From Bacteriovoracaceae bacterium (GTDB taxonomy: Bacteria > Bdellovibrionota > Bacteriovoracia > Bacteriovoracales > Bacteriovoracaceae), in contig JBLWTJ010000004.1 in NCBI GenBank assembly GCA_048270185.1, positions 100,605 through 164,604 on the forward strand: a stretch of 64,000 bases of DNA. Reading direction: 5' to 3'. Positions 1 to 9,568 of the stretch are shown one piece after another. A model generated the notes under the pieces. The model was not told the DNA's origin and ran no database searches. It saw only the letters and a program-made list of their open reading frames with translations. The stretch's first letter is position 1, and every line of letters starts with the position of its first letter. A program made the position numbers and the translations under genes.

Positions 1-1
1 G

Positions 2-3000
2 ATTAATTAATGCTTGAATATTTTGACGATCTGGTGCAGTTGGGCTCAGTGTCAAATATCTTTGAAATTTATCAATCGCCAAATTAGGCTGACCAAGTTC
101 TTTATATAGAAATCCCATCATCTTATTAAGCTCTGGATCCGTTGAATTGAGCTGATTAGCGCGCTGAAAGAACTGTAGAGACGGAACAAACTCACGCGTC
201 TGAAAAGTCAATTTACCCATCGAGAAAATAGCATCAAAATAGCGTTTATTGATCTGTATTGCCTTAGAGAGATTTGTCTTAGCTTCATTTACTTTCTTCG
301 CACGTAAATAAATTTCTCCTAAAATATAATAACCATACTCTGAACTAGGATGGAGTTTAATTTCAGCTTGGGCCATCTTCTCAGCTTCTTTGAAATTCCC
401 CTGTTGGAAGAAGATCTTCGAACGGTAATAATTAATACGAGGATAAGTCGGAAGCCTCTCTTCGAGAATATTGATATGTTTAACGGCCGCATTGAAGTTT
501 TTAAGGTGAATATAAGTGATGATTAACTTCTCACGTACAAGAAGGTTTCCAGGCTCGTAAACGAGAAGTTTAATAGCGTTCTCGACTAATTCTTTATAAT
601 TTCTTTCAATCTCAGATACTTCAACTAAGTATGAATAAAGAGCACCATCTTTCTTGTTAAGGCGATCAAGTACTTCCTTCATCTCGCGGTAAGCTTCAAA
701 ATTTTGATCTCGATAATAAAATACTGCAATCTGCCCATAGAGTTTTGGATTTTCTTTATGCTCTAATAATTCTTTTCTAAGATATCCTATGGCAGTTGAA
801 ACACCATCTGTTTCATAGAGAACCTTACTATTTAGAATTTTATAATCAATATTTGACGGATTTAAATTAATCGCATCATTTAAAAAGATCTTAGTTTGCT
901 TAAGTTTCTTATTCTTAAATGCAATCTGGGCCATTTCATAGAATGGGATATCACTTAGAGGATTAACTCTAGCTGCTGCTTTAAACTTATCAAAGGCCAT
1001 TTTATCATTAGAAATTAGACGATAGTAAAGTCCTAGTAGCATATGGAATTCATAGGTCTCACGAAACACTTCACTGGTAGAAAGTGCAGATAAAAGTCTT
1101 TTCGCTTCATCTTTTTTAAATGACTTTATATTTGCATTAATTAGAGCGTAGTTTACACGTGGATTTACAGGATGAAGTGCTCTAAGTTTTGTTAAAGTCT
1201 TAATGGCAAAGTCAAAGTACCCTCTTTTTACTTGAAGCTCTGAAAGGTAGAGCTTGGCATCGATACTTGTTTCATCTAAAGAAACCGCCCTTAAAGCGAG
1301 CTCGAATGCGCGATCCCAATTAAGAAGCGCTACTTCTTCTTTTGATTGCCTAATAAGGACTTTAATTTTACTTGTTGAAATAACCTTTTGAGTTAGATCA
1401 CTACCGGCAACATCTAAGGTCGCTAGAGTATCTCTTAAAGACTCATCATCATAAATCTTCAAAGATTGTTGGAATAACTTCGTGGCACCTTGAATATCTT
1501 TTTCATAGGCTTTGATGAATCCCATAAATTTGAGACCTTGAGAGAATACGTAAGGTGAACCACCTCCATATTTGGCCACTAAAATAGATGCAACCTTCTT
1601 CAATAGATCCATCTTCTCTAGTTCTAATAATAATTCGCCGTAAACAATCATGAATCGGAAATCATTTTGAAACTTTGATTTATTCTCATTGATTAAACTA
1701 AGTGCATCAGCACTTCTTTCGTTTAGAAGTAAATACTCAACCATAGCATCAATTGACTCAACTGATCGAAGCTTTGTTTGATTTAATTTTTCATAAACTA
1801 TTTTAGCTTTTTCTAATTCACCAGCTTTTAATAAGAATTTCAAGTAAACGGAAAAAAGCTTTATTGAGGGTTTATTTGATTTTAAATAATTATATCTCTC
1901 AATTGTGAAGATTGCTGTTTGATACTTTCTAAAATATCCATAAAACTGAGCTGCACCAATAACAACATCAATATCTGAAAGTAGTTTACTTTGCTCAATT
2001 CGAAGAAGTTTAGAGATAACCTGACCGGCCTTGTAGCGGTCTTGAGTATCAATTAGTAAATCACTGTAGACATGGATTAATTTATTAACGGCCGGGTTTC
2101 CAGAAAATTTATATTGTAGAGACTGATAAAACTTACCAGCAGCTGCAACTCTACCAGCATAGGTATCGAGTTGGAAGAGCTTAAGACCTTCAGCATAGGC
2201 AACTTGGGCCTTCTGGGGTGCCGCAATTTCAGTAGCAACGGGAAATTCAATTTTCGGTACTAGGACTGTTTCAATTTCTTTCTTTTCTTCAGGTAGTAAG
2301 AAAATTATAGCAACAACTAAAAAGAGAGCTATCGTTAAGTTTCTTTTTTTATTTTGTGCTACTTTCTTAGGCTTCTTTAACTTCTCAACTTTCTTAGGTT
2401 TCTTCTTAAGACTTCTTTCCTGCTGTCTAATAGCGACCTCTAAATCAGAATAGTCCTCAATTTTAGAAGGCAGCTCTTCTTTTTTTAGATCGGCAAGGTT
2501 AAACAAGGCCGTAGCAGCATCTTCTTCAACAATCTCTTCAGCTATCTCTGGCTCTTTTTCTTCTTTCTTATCGCCATCTTCACTTTCTTCTTCATCCTCT
2601 TCATCAACACCAAGCTCTTGAGCTAAGTTATTAACGACGACGGTCTTTTCAATTTCATCTGTTTCAACTGGTTTCTTAAGATTTGAGACATTCACAACAA
2701 CTGTTTTCTCAACACCTGCTTCTTCCTCTTGCTCCTGCTCTAACTCTTTCTTTGCTTTAAACTTCTCCTGGATCTCATCGTAATCAATAGCAATGTCTTG
2801 ATCTTTAGAGAATTTAAATTCATTAAAGGCCGTCTTCTCTTCACCAATTAAAGTGTGATGTTTTTGCTCACTGTCCGTAACAGCATATTTAACTTCTTTC
2901 GTTTCTTCTTTTACTTTATCTTCAAAAGTTTCTTCTACCTTTGAGAACAATGTTTTTAGTTCTGGAATATTACTAATGGGTGCCCAATCTCCTGTTGGAA

Positions 3001-3118
3001 ATTTCTGAAAAAGACAGGCTTCATCTATAGCATTCTTCTGCCCTAGCTCGATTAATTCTGAAAATATAAAAGGGCCCAAAACCTTATTAGACTTGGTTTT
3101 GACACGAAACTTTATCAT
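2..3118 (-). CDS. Large membrane-anchored TPR protein with N-terminal GYF_2/DUF4339-like domain (3' end runs off the window)
   Basis: Absent from the ORF track because the stop lies outside the window. Segments translated by hand in one frame from the ATG at 3118: MIKFRVKTKSNKVLGPFIFSELIELGQKNAIDEACLFQKFPTGDWAPISNIPEL (GYF_2-like GPF..EL...W.P...IPEL), an acidic linker, a TM segment LTIALFLVVAIIFLL, helical TPR-like repeats, and ...PDRQNIQALIN at the window edge. Confidence 0.8.
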   Translation of the reverse strand, partial: MIKFRVKTKSNKVLGPFIFSELIELGQKNAIDEACLFQKFPTGDWAPISNIPELKTLFSKVEETFEDKVKEETKEVKYAVTDSEQKHHTLIGEEKTAFNEFKFSKDQDIAIDYDEIQEKFKAKKELEQEQEEEAGVEKTVVVNVSNLKKPVETDEIEKTVVVNNLAQELGVDEEDEEESEDGDKKEEKEPEIAEEIVEEDAATALFNLADLKKEELPSKIEDYSDLEVAIRQQERSLKKKPKKVEKLKKPKKVAQNKKRNLTIALFLVVAIIFLLPEEKKEIETVLVPKIEFPVATEIAAPQKAQVAYAEGLKLFQLDTYAGRVAAAGKFYQSLQYKFSGNPAVNKLIHVYSDLLIDTQDRYKAGQVISKLLRIEQSKLLSDIDVVIGAAQFYGYFRKYQTAIFTIERYNYLKSNKPSIKLFSVYLKFLLKAGELEKAKIVYEKLNQTKLRSVESIDAMVEYLLLNERSADALSLINENKSKFQNDFRFMIVYGELLLELEKMDLLKKVASILVAKYGGGSPYVFSQGLKFMGFIKAYEKDIQGATKLFQQSLKIYDDESLRDTLATLDVAGSDLTQKVISTSKIKVLIRQSKEEVALLNWDRAFELALRAVSLDETSIDAKLYLSELQVKRGYFDFAIKTLTKLRALHPVNPRVNYALINANIKSFKKDEAKRLLSALSTSEVFRETYEFHMLLGLYYRLISNDKMAFDKFKAAARVNPLSDIPFYEMAQIAFKNKKLKQTKIFLNDAINLNPSNIDYKILNSKVLYETDGVSTAIGYLRKELLEHKENPKLYGQIAVFYYRDQNFEAYREMKEVLDRLNKKDGALYSYLVEVSEIERNYKELVENAIKLLVYEPGNLLVREKLIITYIHLKNFNAAVKHINILEERLPTYPRINYYRSKIFFQQGNFKEAEKMAQAEIKLHPSSEYGYYILGEIYLRAKKVNEAKTNLSKAIQINKRYFDAIFSMGKLTFQTREFVPSLQFFQRANQLNSTDPELNKMMGFLYKELGQPNLAIDKFQRYLTLSPTAPDRQNIQALIN

Positions 3119-3164
3119 AGCTCTATTATCTTAAGTAATTGAAATTAAATCAAACTACTTGAAT

Positions 3165-4139
3165 TTATGGAGCTTTTTGCACTTTGCCGAAAAGATTTTG
3201 ACGATAAGCGAGCGTAATAATCAACAATACCGCTGAAAGTAGTTGTAAATTAGTCAGATAACTCATGTGTAAGTAAACAACATGCCCGATTAGAAATAAA
3301 TAGAAGACATGGACAATACTCAATAACTTGGCAATCAATAATGAATGTTCACTTCGATATGAATAGATTAGTAAATATACGATTAAGAATAATTGATAAA
3401 AACTATCCATACCAAATACAGGTAAGAATATAATTGCACTGGCAAGACAAATCGGCATGAGTTGAATTGACTGATAACGGTAATCAATCTTATTGAATGA
3501 GAAAATAAGTTGTAAAATTAAAAACAGTAAGAAGAAATACGGCCCTAATTCAATATTTAAGTTCATGAGTCTCTGAAGAACAGAAAGACAAAAAATATAC
3601 TGAAGAATAGATAAGTATGGTGATGACTTTTCCTTAGGAGATAACAAAGTTGTTGTTAAAACCAGAAGCACTTCAAAGAATAAATTACCAAGTTCTTGGC
3701 CCTGAAATTCCTTAACAAAGAAATATATAACGGCAATAACAATCCATGAAATATTATAGAATAAACTGTGTTGGCTCTTCTTATCAGTGTCAAAGAAACA
3801 AAATACTCCTAGTAGTAAAATGATATCAGTGACTCCGGTGAAATTCCAAATATTAAAAAGAGAAAACCAAAGTAGTGTAAAAGCTTTAAATAGGGACCTG
3901 AGATTACCTCCACTATTTAAAAAATAAAGGGAAAAGGCTACAGAGCATACAGCAAAGTAGCTTCGATCAATTGAAGAGAAAATAAAGTCTTCGTATAGAA
4001 CATAAAATGTCGTTAGAAATGTAAATGCAAGAACCGAGTTTACTTGCTTTCGATTTAACTTTGAAACCTTACCAATTACCTGATCGACAAAGTACATAAG
4101 AGGATAAAGCATTAGAAGGTAGTAGAAGTTAAGCTGCAT
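3165..4139 (-). CDS. Polytopic membrane protein, putative highly diverged NuoN-like paralog
   Basis: Intact ORF, almost entirely hydrophobic. GGAGG RBS before the ATG at 4139 (track start 4145). Seventh gene of the cassette mirroring nuoA-H-J-K-L-M-N; the NuoN assignment is positional only. Confidence 0.6.
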   Translation of the reverse strand: MQLNFYYLLMLYPLMYFVDQVIGKVSKLNRKQVNSVLAFTFLTTFYVLYEDFIFSSIDRSYFAVCSVAFSLYFLNSGGNLRSLFKAFTLLWFSLFNIWNFTGVTDIILLLGVFCFFDTDKKSQHSLFYNISWIVIAVIYFFVKEFQGQELGNLFFEVLLVLTTTLLSPKEKSSPYLSILQYIFCLSVLQRLMNLNIELGPYFFLLFLILQLIFSFNKIDYRYQSIQLMPICLASAIIFLPVFGMDSFYQLFLIVYLLIYSYRSEHSLLIAKLLSIVHVFYLFLIGHVVYLHMSYLTNLQLLSAVLLIITLAYRQNLFGKVQKAP

Positions 4140-4968
4140 GAACAACCTCCACTTTCTTAGTGCTCAATAACGAATAGGCCGTCAGAAGCACTATTAATGG
4201 TAGTAGTGTTGCTTGTCCTGTAAAAAAAGAAACAGACAGAACAATTGTAAACATAACTATATTCGAGACTAAAACAAAGAATGACGAGTCAGAATAAAGA
4301 GTTATTAACTCGGCCAGCCCTAGTAAACACAAGCAAGTTAATGTAACGGCTACAGAAGAGTTTGGATTTAGAACAAGAACCGCAAAACTAAGAATATTCA
4401 AAGAGCTTACTAAATTCTGTTTAAAATATAGATATATAAGCAATAACGCGACAAAAGGGATAATGATTTGTAATGAATAATCAAAAGTTGCTGAAAAATT
4501 GATAAGGGAAATATACTTTATTAAGAAGAGAGTGAGAAAAATACTATTCTTCTTTGATAAAGAAATCATAACAAATGAAGTCATCACAATAATAAAATAA
4601 ATTAGTTCAACATTTTCTTTAAATACAAGGAGTGCTATTAGATTTAATGCAACAAATCCTAAAAACTTAATATTATTTAGTTTCGCAATTGAAAAGAAGG
4701 ATACTGCAAAAATTAAATATGAAGGTATATTTTGTGAGGCAAACGCCAAGAGTATAAGTGGGATTGAAAAAATTAAATCTATATTCGATTGCTTTCTTGT
4801 TACAAACAAAGCCAACAAAGAACCTACAACACTAATTATATCAAACTTAAAGCTCAATGCTAATTGTGTAAAAGGTGTATAAAAGATTCGATCACTGATA
4901 AAAAATAAACCAATAAAACATGTAATAAAAGTTACAAGATATATTATGGCCTCACGACGTAATTTCAT
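4129..4968 (-). CDS. Polytopic membrane protein, putative highly diverged NuoM-like paralog
   Basis: 279-aa hydrophobic ORF overlapping both neighbours. Sixth gene of the cassette; the assignment is positional only. Confidence 0.6.
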   Translation of the reverse strand: MKLRREAIIYLVTFITCFIGLFFISDRIFYTPFTQLALSFKFDIISVVGSLLALFVTRKQSNIDLIFSIPLILLAFASQNIPSYLIFAVSFFSIAKLNNIKFLGFVALNLIALLVFKENVELIYFIIVMTSFVMISLSKKNSIFLTLFLIKYISLINFSATFDYSLQIIIPFVALLLIYLYFKQNLVSSLNILSFAVLVLNPNSSVAVTLTCLCLLGLAELITLYSDSSFFVLVSNIVMFTIVLSVSFFTGQATLLPLIVLLTAYSLLSTKKVEVVHAA

Positions 4969-6254
4969 GCCACCACCTTAAATATAATAACCAAAAAGTA
5001 GATTGCAATAACGATGAGACTAAACGCTCTAATCGTACGATATGAAAGAGAAAACATTGGTACTGCTATCGTACTCGAGCCAGAAGTCTCTTGCCTAGAA
5101 CTAATTGGATAAGAACTAAATATCGTCTCTAAATAGCTAACTCTCTTTTGATTTCCTAGGTTTAATTTTGTTGATAACCCAATTAGCAACTGATCAAAAT
5201 TGAATACAAGTCCAATATAAATAAGAGCAATCAGTAAATATGTTAAAAGAGAATATCCTACTGAACTATTATCAACTTCAAATAAAAAAGTAGAAAAGTA
5301 GAATAAACCAACACCAACAAATGATTTGAGTAGTAGACTATAAAGTAGCTCATACCATTGAAGATTAATCTTCTTCTCCACTAATGAATCGAATTCTAAA
5401 AGCAGAATTAGAAACCCCGCAATTGTTGAAAATATAATTAAAGCAATATTCTGAACTGAGTAAGATAAAGTAAATAGTCCCAGTAGAGCAATATTAGAAA
5501 ATAATGAAACCGGTAAGTACTTTCTTAATATATCAACTTCTCTATTCATTAATTCTATTGATTTAATAAAGGATTTTGTAAAATAGTAAAAGGCGATATA
5601 GGCCATTAACATATTCTCGAGATTCAAGAGAACACAAACAAGAGAAGTTAAGAGAAATACCAGCTTGAAAATGTTCTTCTTATTAACAATGAGAAAAGAC
5701 AATAGAAACACTAAAAAGATAAGGAATACATTTAATGTTTGTGAAATATGTTGAATATCAGTCGTAAGAAGAAGTGAAAGAATAAGCCCATCAACAATAG
5801 CAAATTCTTCATTTGTAGAAACTAAAGTTGAAAAAATTAAATAAGCACAGAATAAATATTTAAATGAAGCTGTTTTATCAACAAGTGTTAGAAATGCGAT
5901 TATTGCAATTTTAAGAATAGGAAGAGTTCGATCTTTTATTCCATTGAAGTTAAAAAAGATACAACTGCTGAATCCAATAATCTTTAAGTTTTGCTCTATT
6001 GGTAATAATAAAATACCGTATGGCAGTAGCTCTACAATCGTACGTTTTGACTGTTCTAATATAATAAAAGAAAAAATAAACGGAAGGATTAAGTTAATAA
6101 ACCCTATTTCGATATTAGCAAGGTAAAAGCTCCCATTTAGCAATAATGGAAATAAAGCGATAAACAGTCGCGTCCAATTATTTAACTTATCTTTGTAATG
6201 AAATAATACAAGTGTCGCAAAAAATAATAGAGTTAAAATAACTTGTACTATCAT
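4965..6254 (-). CDS. Polytopic membrane protein, putative highly diverged NuoL-like paralog
   Basis: 429 aa, the largest ORF of the cassette. The C-terminus has FNFDQLL (cf. NuoL YFMDDLY), a ~55-aa polar/amphipathic stretch and a single terminal TM, matching the NuoL lateral-helix architecture. Confidence 0.65.
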   Translation of the reverse strand: MIVQVILTLLFFATLVLFHYKDKLNNWTRLFIALFPLLLNGSFYLANIEIGFINLILPFIFSFIILEQSKRTIVELLPYGILLLPIEQNLKIIGFSSCIFFNFNGIKDRTLPILKIAIIAFLTLVDKTASFKYLFCAYLIFSTLVSTNEEFAIVDGLILSLLLTTDIQHISQTLNVFLIFLVFLLSFLIVNKKNIFKLVFLLTSLVCVLLNLENMLMAYIAFYYFTKSFIKSIELMNREVDILRKYLPVSLFSNIALLGLFTLSYSVQNIALIIFSTIAGFLILLLEFDSLVEKKINLQWYELLYSLLLKSFVGVGLFYFSTFLFEVDNSSVGYSLLTYLLIALIYIGLVFNFDQLLIGLSTKLNLGNQKRVSYLETIFSSYPISSRQETSGSSTIAVPMFSLSYRTIRAFSLIVIAIYFLVIIFKVVA

Positions 6255-6511
6255 TTTAGCCCCTGTCTAACACGAAATTCTTTATAAATTGAATTAATCA
6301 TTAATAAAATTGGTGCCACATATATAATTAACATAACTCCATCATTTAATGAGATTGATTCCTGTACTCTTAAATCAATCAAAAGTAGAAGAATAGTTAC
6401 TACAGTAAATAATGAAAATATCTTCTTTGAAAATCTTGTCGTAAAAAGATAAACACCAAGATTAATAACAAATAATGTTGAAAGTAATGTAAATGTGTCG
6501 ATATTATGCAT
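6251..6511 (-). CDS. Small 3-TM protein, diverged NuoK-like paralog
   Basis: NIDTFTLLSTLFVINLGVYLFTTR / LNDGVMLIIYV...KEFRVRQ align by eye with this window's NuoK (TLSSYLLVSFFLFLAGIAVMVARK / NIDGNIMSLFI...RFFQVKD). The ATG at 6511 is better spaced from the AAGGGG RBS than the track start at 6517. Confidence 0.65.
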   Translation of the reverse strand: MHNIDTFTLLSTLFVINLGVYLFTTRFSKKIFSLFTVVTILLLLIDLRVQESISLNDGVMLIIYVAPILLMINSIYKEFRVRQGLK

Positions 6512-6950
6512 TCTCATCCCCTTCTAAGTTTACAAGTGAGATGAATGCTAGAAAGATTAAAATTACACTAAACTTAAGTACGACGGCCATATCAACATAC
6601 GTATCAACATTGAAGTTCGTAACCAAATCAATCAAACCATTCTTTGATTTTAAGTGATAAATATCTATCGACAGTACTCCAACTGTTATCATCGTAAACA
6701 ATATATAAGGGATATAACTAAATCTCTTATAACTCACTTCTGTCGTAGGGTAACAATATTCAATGATACTAAGTAAGAATATAATGATTAAGAGAAATGT
6801 AATTAAGAAATAAAGTAGAACAATTGAAGAGAATCCAAACATACTAAGTAGTAAACCAACAATCGCAACAGGATACAGAATCATTGTATATTTCTTACGA
6901 GCAAATGCTGCCAAAATGAATAGAGTTATAATGATTAAATTAAAAAACAC
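6504..6950 (-). CDS. Membrane protein, diverged NuoJ-like paralog
   Basis: 148 aa with ~5 TM. The C-terminal YVDMAVVLKFSVILIFLAFISLV resembles NuoJ HVLAFEISSILLLGALVGAAVI. Confidence 0.65.
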   Translation of the reverse strand: MFFNLIIITLFILAAFARKKYTMILYPVAIVGLLLSMFGFSSIVLLYFLITFLLIIIFLLSIIEYCYPTTEVSYKRFSYIPYILFTMITVGVLSIDIYHLKSKNGLIDLVTNFNVDTYVDMAVVLKFSVILIFLAFISLVNLEGDENA

Positions 6951-7776
6951 TACTAACCTTTAATATGCACATAATTATTATAACGAGCAAACTAAAGACA
7001 GCTCTTCTCTTAGAGTTCTTAGTTATCGTTGTATAATCTCTTAATGGTTGAAACTTAATATATATATTACTTAAAACTATCAATATCGTTTGAATAAAGA
7101 ATACAAAAGCTGATATTGAAAAAAGAAATAGTACGCTGGTATTAAACTTGTCTTTAAATACGACAGCAAGATCACTACGAACAAATGTTAAAGCTAAAAA
7201 GAAAAGTACTAATAAGCTTTGAAATAATAATCTAATATAAGAGCACTGAATCTTAACGTAACTTTTATCTGTGTATTGACTACCAGTTCTAATCATCTCA
7301 AGTTCTGTTGCATAGAACAAAAGAAGAAGAGGTAGTTCAAATGCTAGTCTTATTAAAAATGAATTAGTCTGTAGTAACTTATATGTTAATACCATTGCTG
7401 TAATAATTATGAGCTGACAAATAGTTATTTGAGCTTGCTCAAGAACTTCGTGTCTTATTATAGATAAACGAAATCTGAAGACACCTAAGAACACTACAGA
7501 TATTAAAACTATTGAAAACAAGGCCAATAGAAAACTTATCTCATTTGTAATAATAAAATTGATCGATAAAATCTGACCTAAAATTAGGAAGAAGATTAAT
7601 GTAATGAAAGAGTTGAAACTTAAAGCATCAACAGAACTAACACCATTAGATGCTAATAAGTATTTCTTTAAACTTAAAACAGGTGCAAACTCTTTCGCAT
7701 TAACGAATGAGCCAATTAGTTGAATAAGAATGAACCACAGTGGAAGTGCTAAAATGAGCTCCAAAACATGCCTCAA
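6940..7776 (-). CDS. Membrane protein, diverged NuoH-like paralog
   Basis: DALSFN / EISFLLALFSIVLISVVFLG / QAQITICQL correspond in order to NuoH DRFMFN / NIGVFYLLGVSSLVGVGIFLG / ASQIISYEV. Confidence 0.65.
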   Translation of the reverse strand: MRHVLELILALPLWFILIQLIGSFVNAKEFAPVLSLKKYLLASNGVSSVDALSFNSFITLIFFLILGQILSINFIITNEISFLLALFSIVLISVVFLGVFRFRLSIIRHEVLEQAQITICQLIIITAMVLTYKLLQTNSFLIRLAFELPLLLLFYATELEMIRTGSQYTDKSYVKIQCSYIRLLFQSLLVLFFLALTFVRSDLAVVFKDKFNTSVLFLFSISAFVFFIQTILIVLSNIYIKFQPLRDYTTITKNSKRRAVFSLLVIIIMCILKVSSVF

Positions 7777-8076
7777 TTACAAAATTAGTATTAGTAAAAT
7801 TGTAACAAAGCCTGCCAGTATTGAATACGCTTCTTTATAAAAATCTAAGGTTCCTGTACCAACAATTATGACCGTCATCATTGAGATAACAGAGAAGACA
7901 ATGACAAGTTTGAAAATACCTCTAATAGATTTAAGGTCATTCTTAACTAGTTTACTTTCATTATGGATCTTCTTAAATGGAGATAGAACAATTTTGGGTT
8001 TAAAAAATAAGGGGTAGCCTAAAACTACCCCTAGTATTAATGAAATGATAATTGAAGTCAGTAGTACTAATTCCAT
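7777..8076 (-). CDS. Small 3-TM protein, diverged NuoA-like paralog
   Basis: 99 aa with TM1 - loop (KPKIVLSPF, cf. NuoA RP...KLTPYECG) - TM2 - TM3. Starts 1 bp after the nuoN stop. Confidence 0.65.
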   Translation of the reverse strand: MELVLLTSIIISLILGVVLGYPLFFKPKIVLSPFKKIHNESKLVKNDLKSIRGIFKLVIVFSVISMMTVIIVGTGTLDFYKEAYSILAGFVTILLILIL

Positions 8077-8077
8077 A

Positions 8078-9553
8078 CTACTTAATTAAGAGCAGAGCTC
8101 CGTTAGCTGCAGTTAATAACTTCTGCCAGAAGATACCAAGAACAATTACTGGCACAGTGTATGCAGCGATGATTAACTGATTAACAAAACCAAAACCAGA
8201 GATCTTCTCATCAGACTCAGAGTCTTTAAACACCATTACTCTTACAACTTTCATGTAGTAGTAAAGTGAGATTACTGAGTTAAGAGCAGTAATAACTGCT
8301 AACACATAGTATTTCTTATCAATGATTGCCGCTAGAATATTAAATTTAGCAACAAATCCCGCAAGCGGTGGAAGACCGGCCAAAGAGAACATTGTGATTG
8401 CCATTGTAATCGCCATTGCAGGGTGTTTTTTAATTAGTCCAGCAAAGCGATCGATATGATCATTACCGTAGTGATCTTGAACAAATGAAGCAACATAGAA
8501 AGCGACAAGAGTCATGAAAAGGTATGTTACAGCATAGAAAAGAATTGCAGTTGTACCACTTTGTCCAAGAACAATTGCACCTAACATCATAACACCTGCG
8601 TGAGAGATACCAGAGAAAGCAAGCATTCTCTTAATTGATCTTTGACCAATTGCTGAAACGTTACCGACAGTCATTGTAAGTGCTGCAACAAACATTAGAA
8701 GAACGATCCATGAGTGTTTAAGAGCACCAACATCGCCACCAAAGAAGACCTGAGTAATTCTTGCAAAAGCAACAATCCCAGCAAACTTCGGAACAAGTGA
8801 GAAGAAAGCTGTTACAGGTAGTGGTGAACCTTCATAAACATCTGGTGACCACATATGAAATGGTACACATGCTATCTTATATCCAATACCTACGAAAAAC
8901 AGTAGGAATGAAGGGATTAGAATTGCTGTTTGTTCAGTTGAAAGCTTCGCCATAAGAGGAATCATTTCAGAGAAGTTAATCGTCCCTATTGTTCCAAAAA
9001 TGTGACTCATACCAAAAAGCATCATCCCGGCAGTAACACCACCGTAAAGAGCATACTTAAGACCAGCTTCAGTTGATCTCTCATCGTTCTTCTTAAGAGC
9101 TGCCATAGCGTATGACAGAATAGAAAGAGTTTCGATACCGATATAGAAGATCAGCATGTTGTTAGCAGAAGCTAGTAACATACCACCAACTAAGATACCA
9201 AGAGCAAGAATACTAAATTCTGCTTTTGTTCCTTCGTATAGATCTTTAGAAACCTTTGATAAGTAGATCGCACCGGCAGTACTTAAAATCATTACAATTT
9301 TAGCAAAACCTGAGAAATGATCCATTACTACTGATTTAGTAAAGATATGCGTCGCTTCTACACCTAGGCCCTTAACTTGATAAATCAGAGCACATAGGAG
9401 TCCAAGCATTGCACCCCAGTATAACATTCCCTTCGAGCTACCCTTCTCATCATTTCCGTAAGTAGCTTCGATGAGGATTAGAGCCCCCATCGTGAAGCAT
9501 ACTAAAAGCTCCGGAATATAATGTGCGATACTCGCTAAATAATTTAAAGCCAT
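8078..9553 (-). CDS. nuoN: NADH-quinone oxidoreductase subunit N
   Basis: Motifs EAGLKY, GIGYKIACVPFHMWSPDVYEGSP, IKRMLAFSGISHAG, SLAGLPPLAGFVAKF. Confidence 0.96.
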   Translation of the reverse strand: MALNYLASIAHYIPELLVCFTMGALILIEATYGNDEKGSSKGMLYWGAMLGLLCALIYQVKGLGVEATHIFTKSVVMDHFSGFAKIVMILSTAGAIYLSKVSKDLYEGTKAEFSILALGILVGGMLLASANNMLIFYIGIETLSILSYAMAALKKNDERSTEAGLKYALYGGVTAGMMLFGMSHIFGTIGTINFSEMIPLMAKLSTEQTAILIPSFLLFFVGIGYKIACVPFHMWSPDVYEGSPLPVTAFFSLVPKFAGIVAFARITQVFFGGDVGALKHSWIVLLMFVAALTMTVGNVSAIGQRSIKRMLAFSGISHAGVMMLGAIVLGQSGTTAILFYAVTYLFMTLVAFYVASFVQDHYGNDHIDRFAGLIKKHPAMAITMAITMFSLAGLPPLAGFVAKFNILAAIIDKKYYVLAVITALNSVISLYYYMKVVRVMVFKDSESDEKISGFGFVNQLIIAAYTVPVIVLGIFWQKLLTAANGALLLIK

Positions 9554-9568
9554 CTCTTCACCTATTGA

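Noticed and set aside
3165..8076. Calling the seven membrane ORFs pseudogenes or spurious AT-rich ORFs
   Set aside because: All are uninterrupted, tile the region with coupled start/stop junctions, and several have good RBSs.
3165..8076. Mrp antiporter or hydrogenase-4/Ech membrane module
   Set aside because: No MrpE/F/G-like motifs or hydrogenase subunits were recognised. The order and residual motifs follow the adjacent nuoA-H-J-K-L genes.
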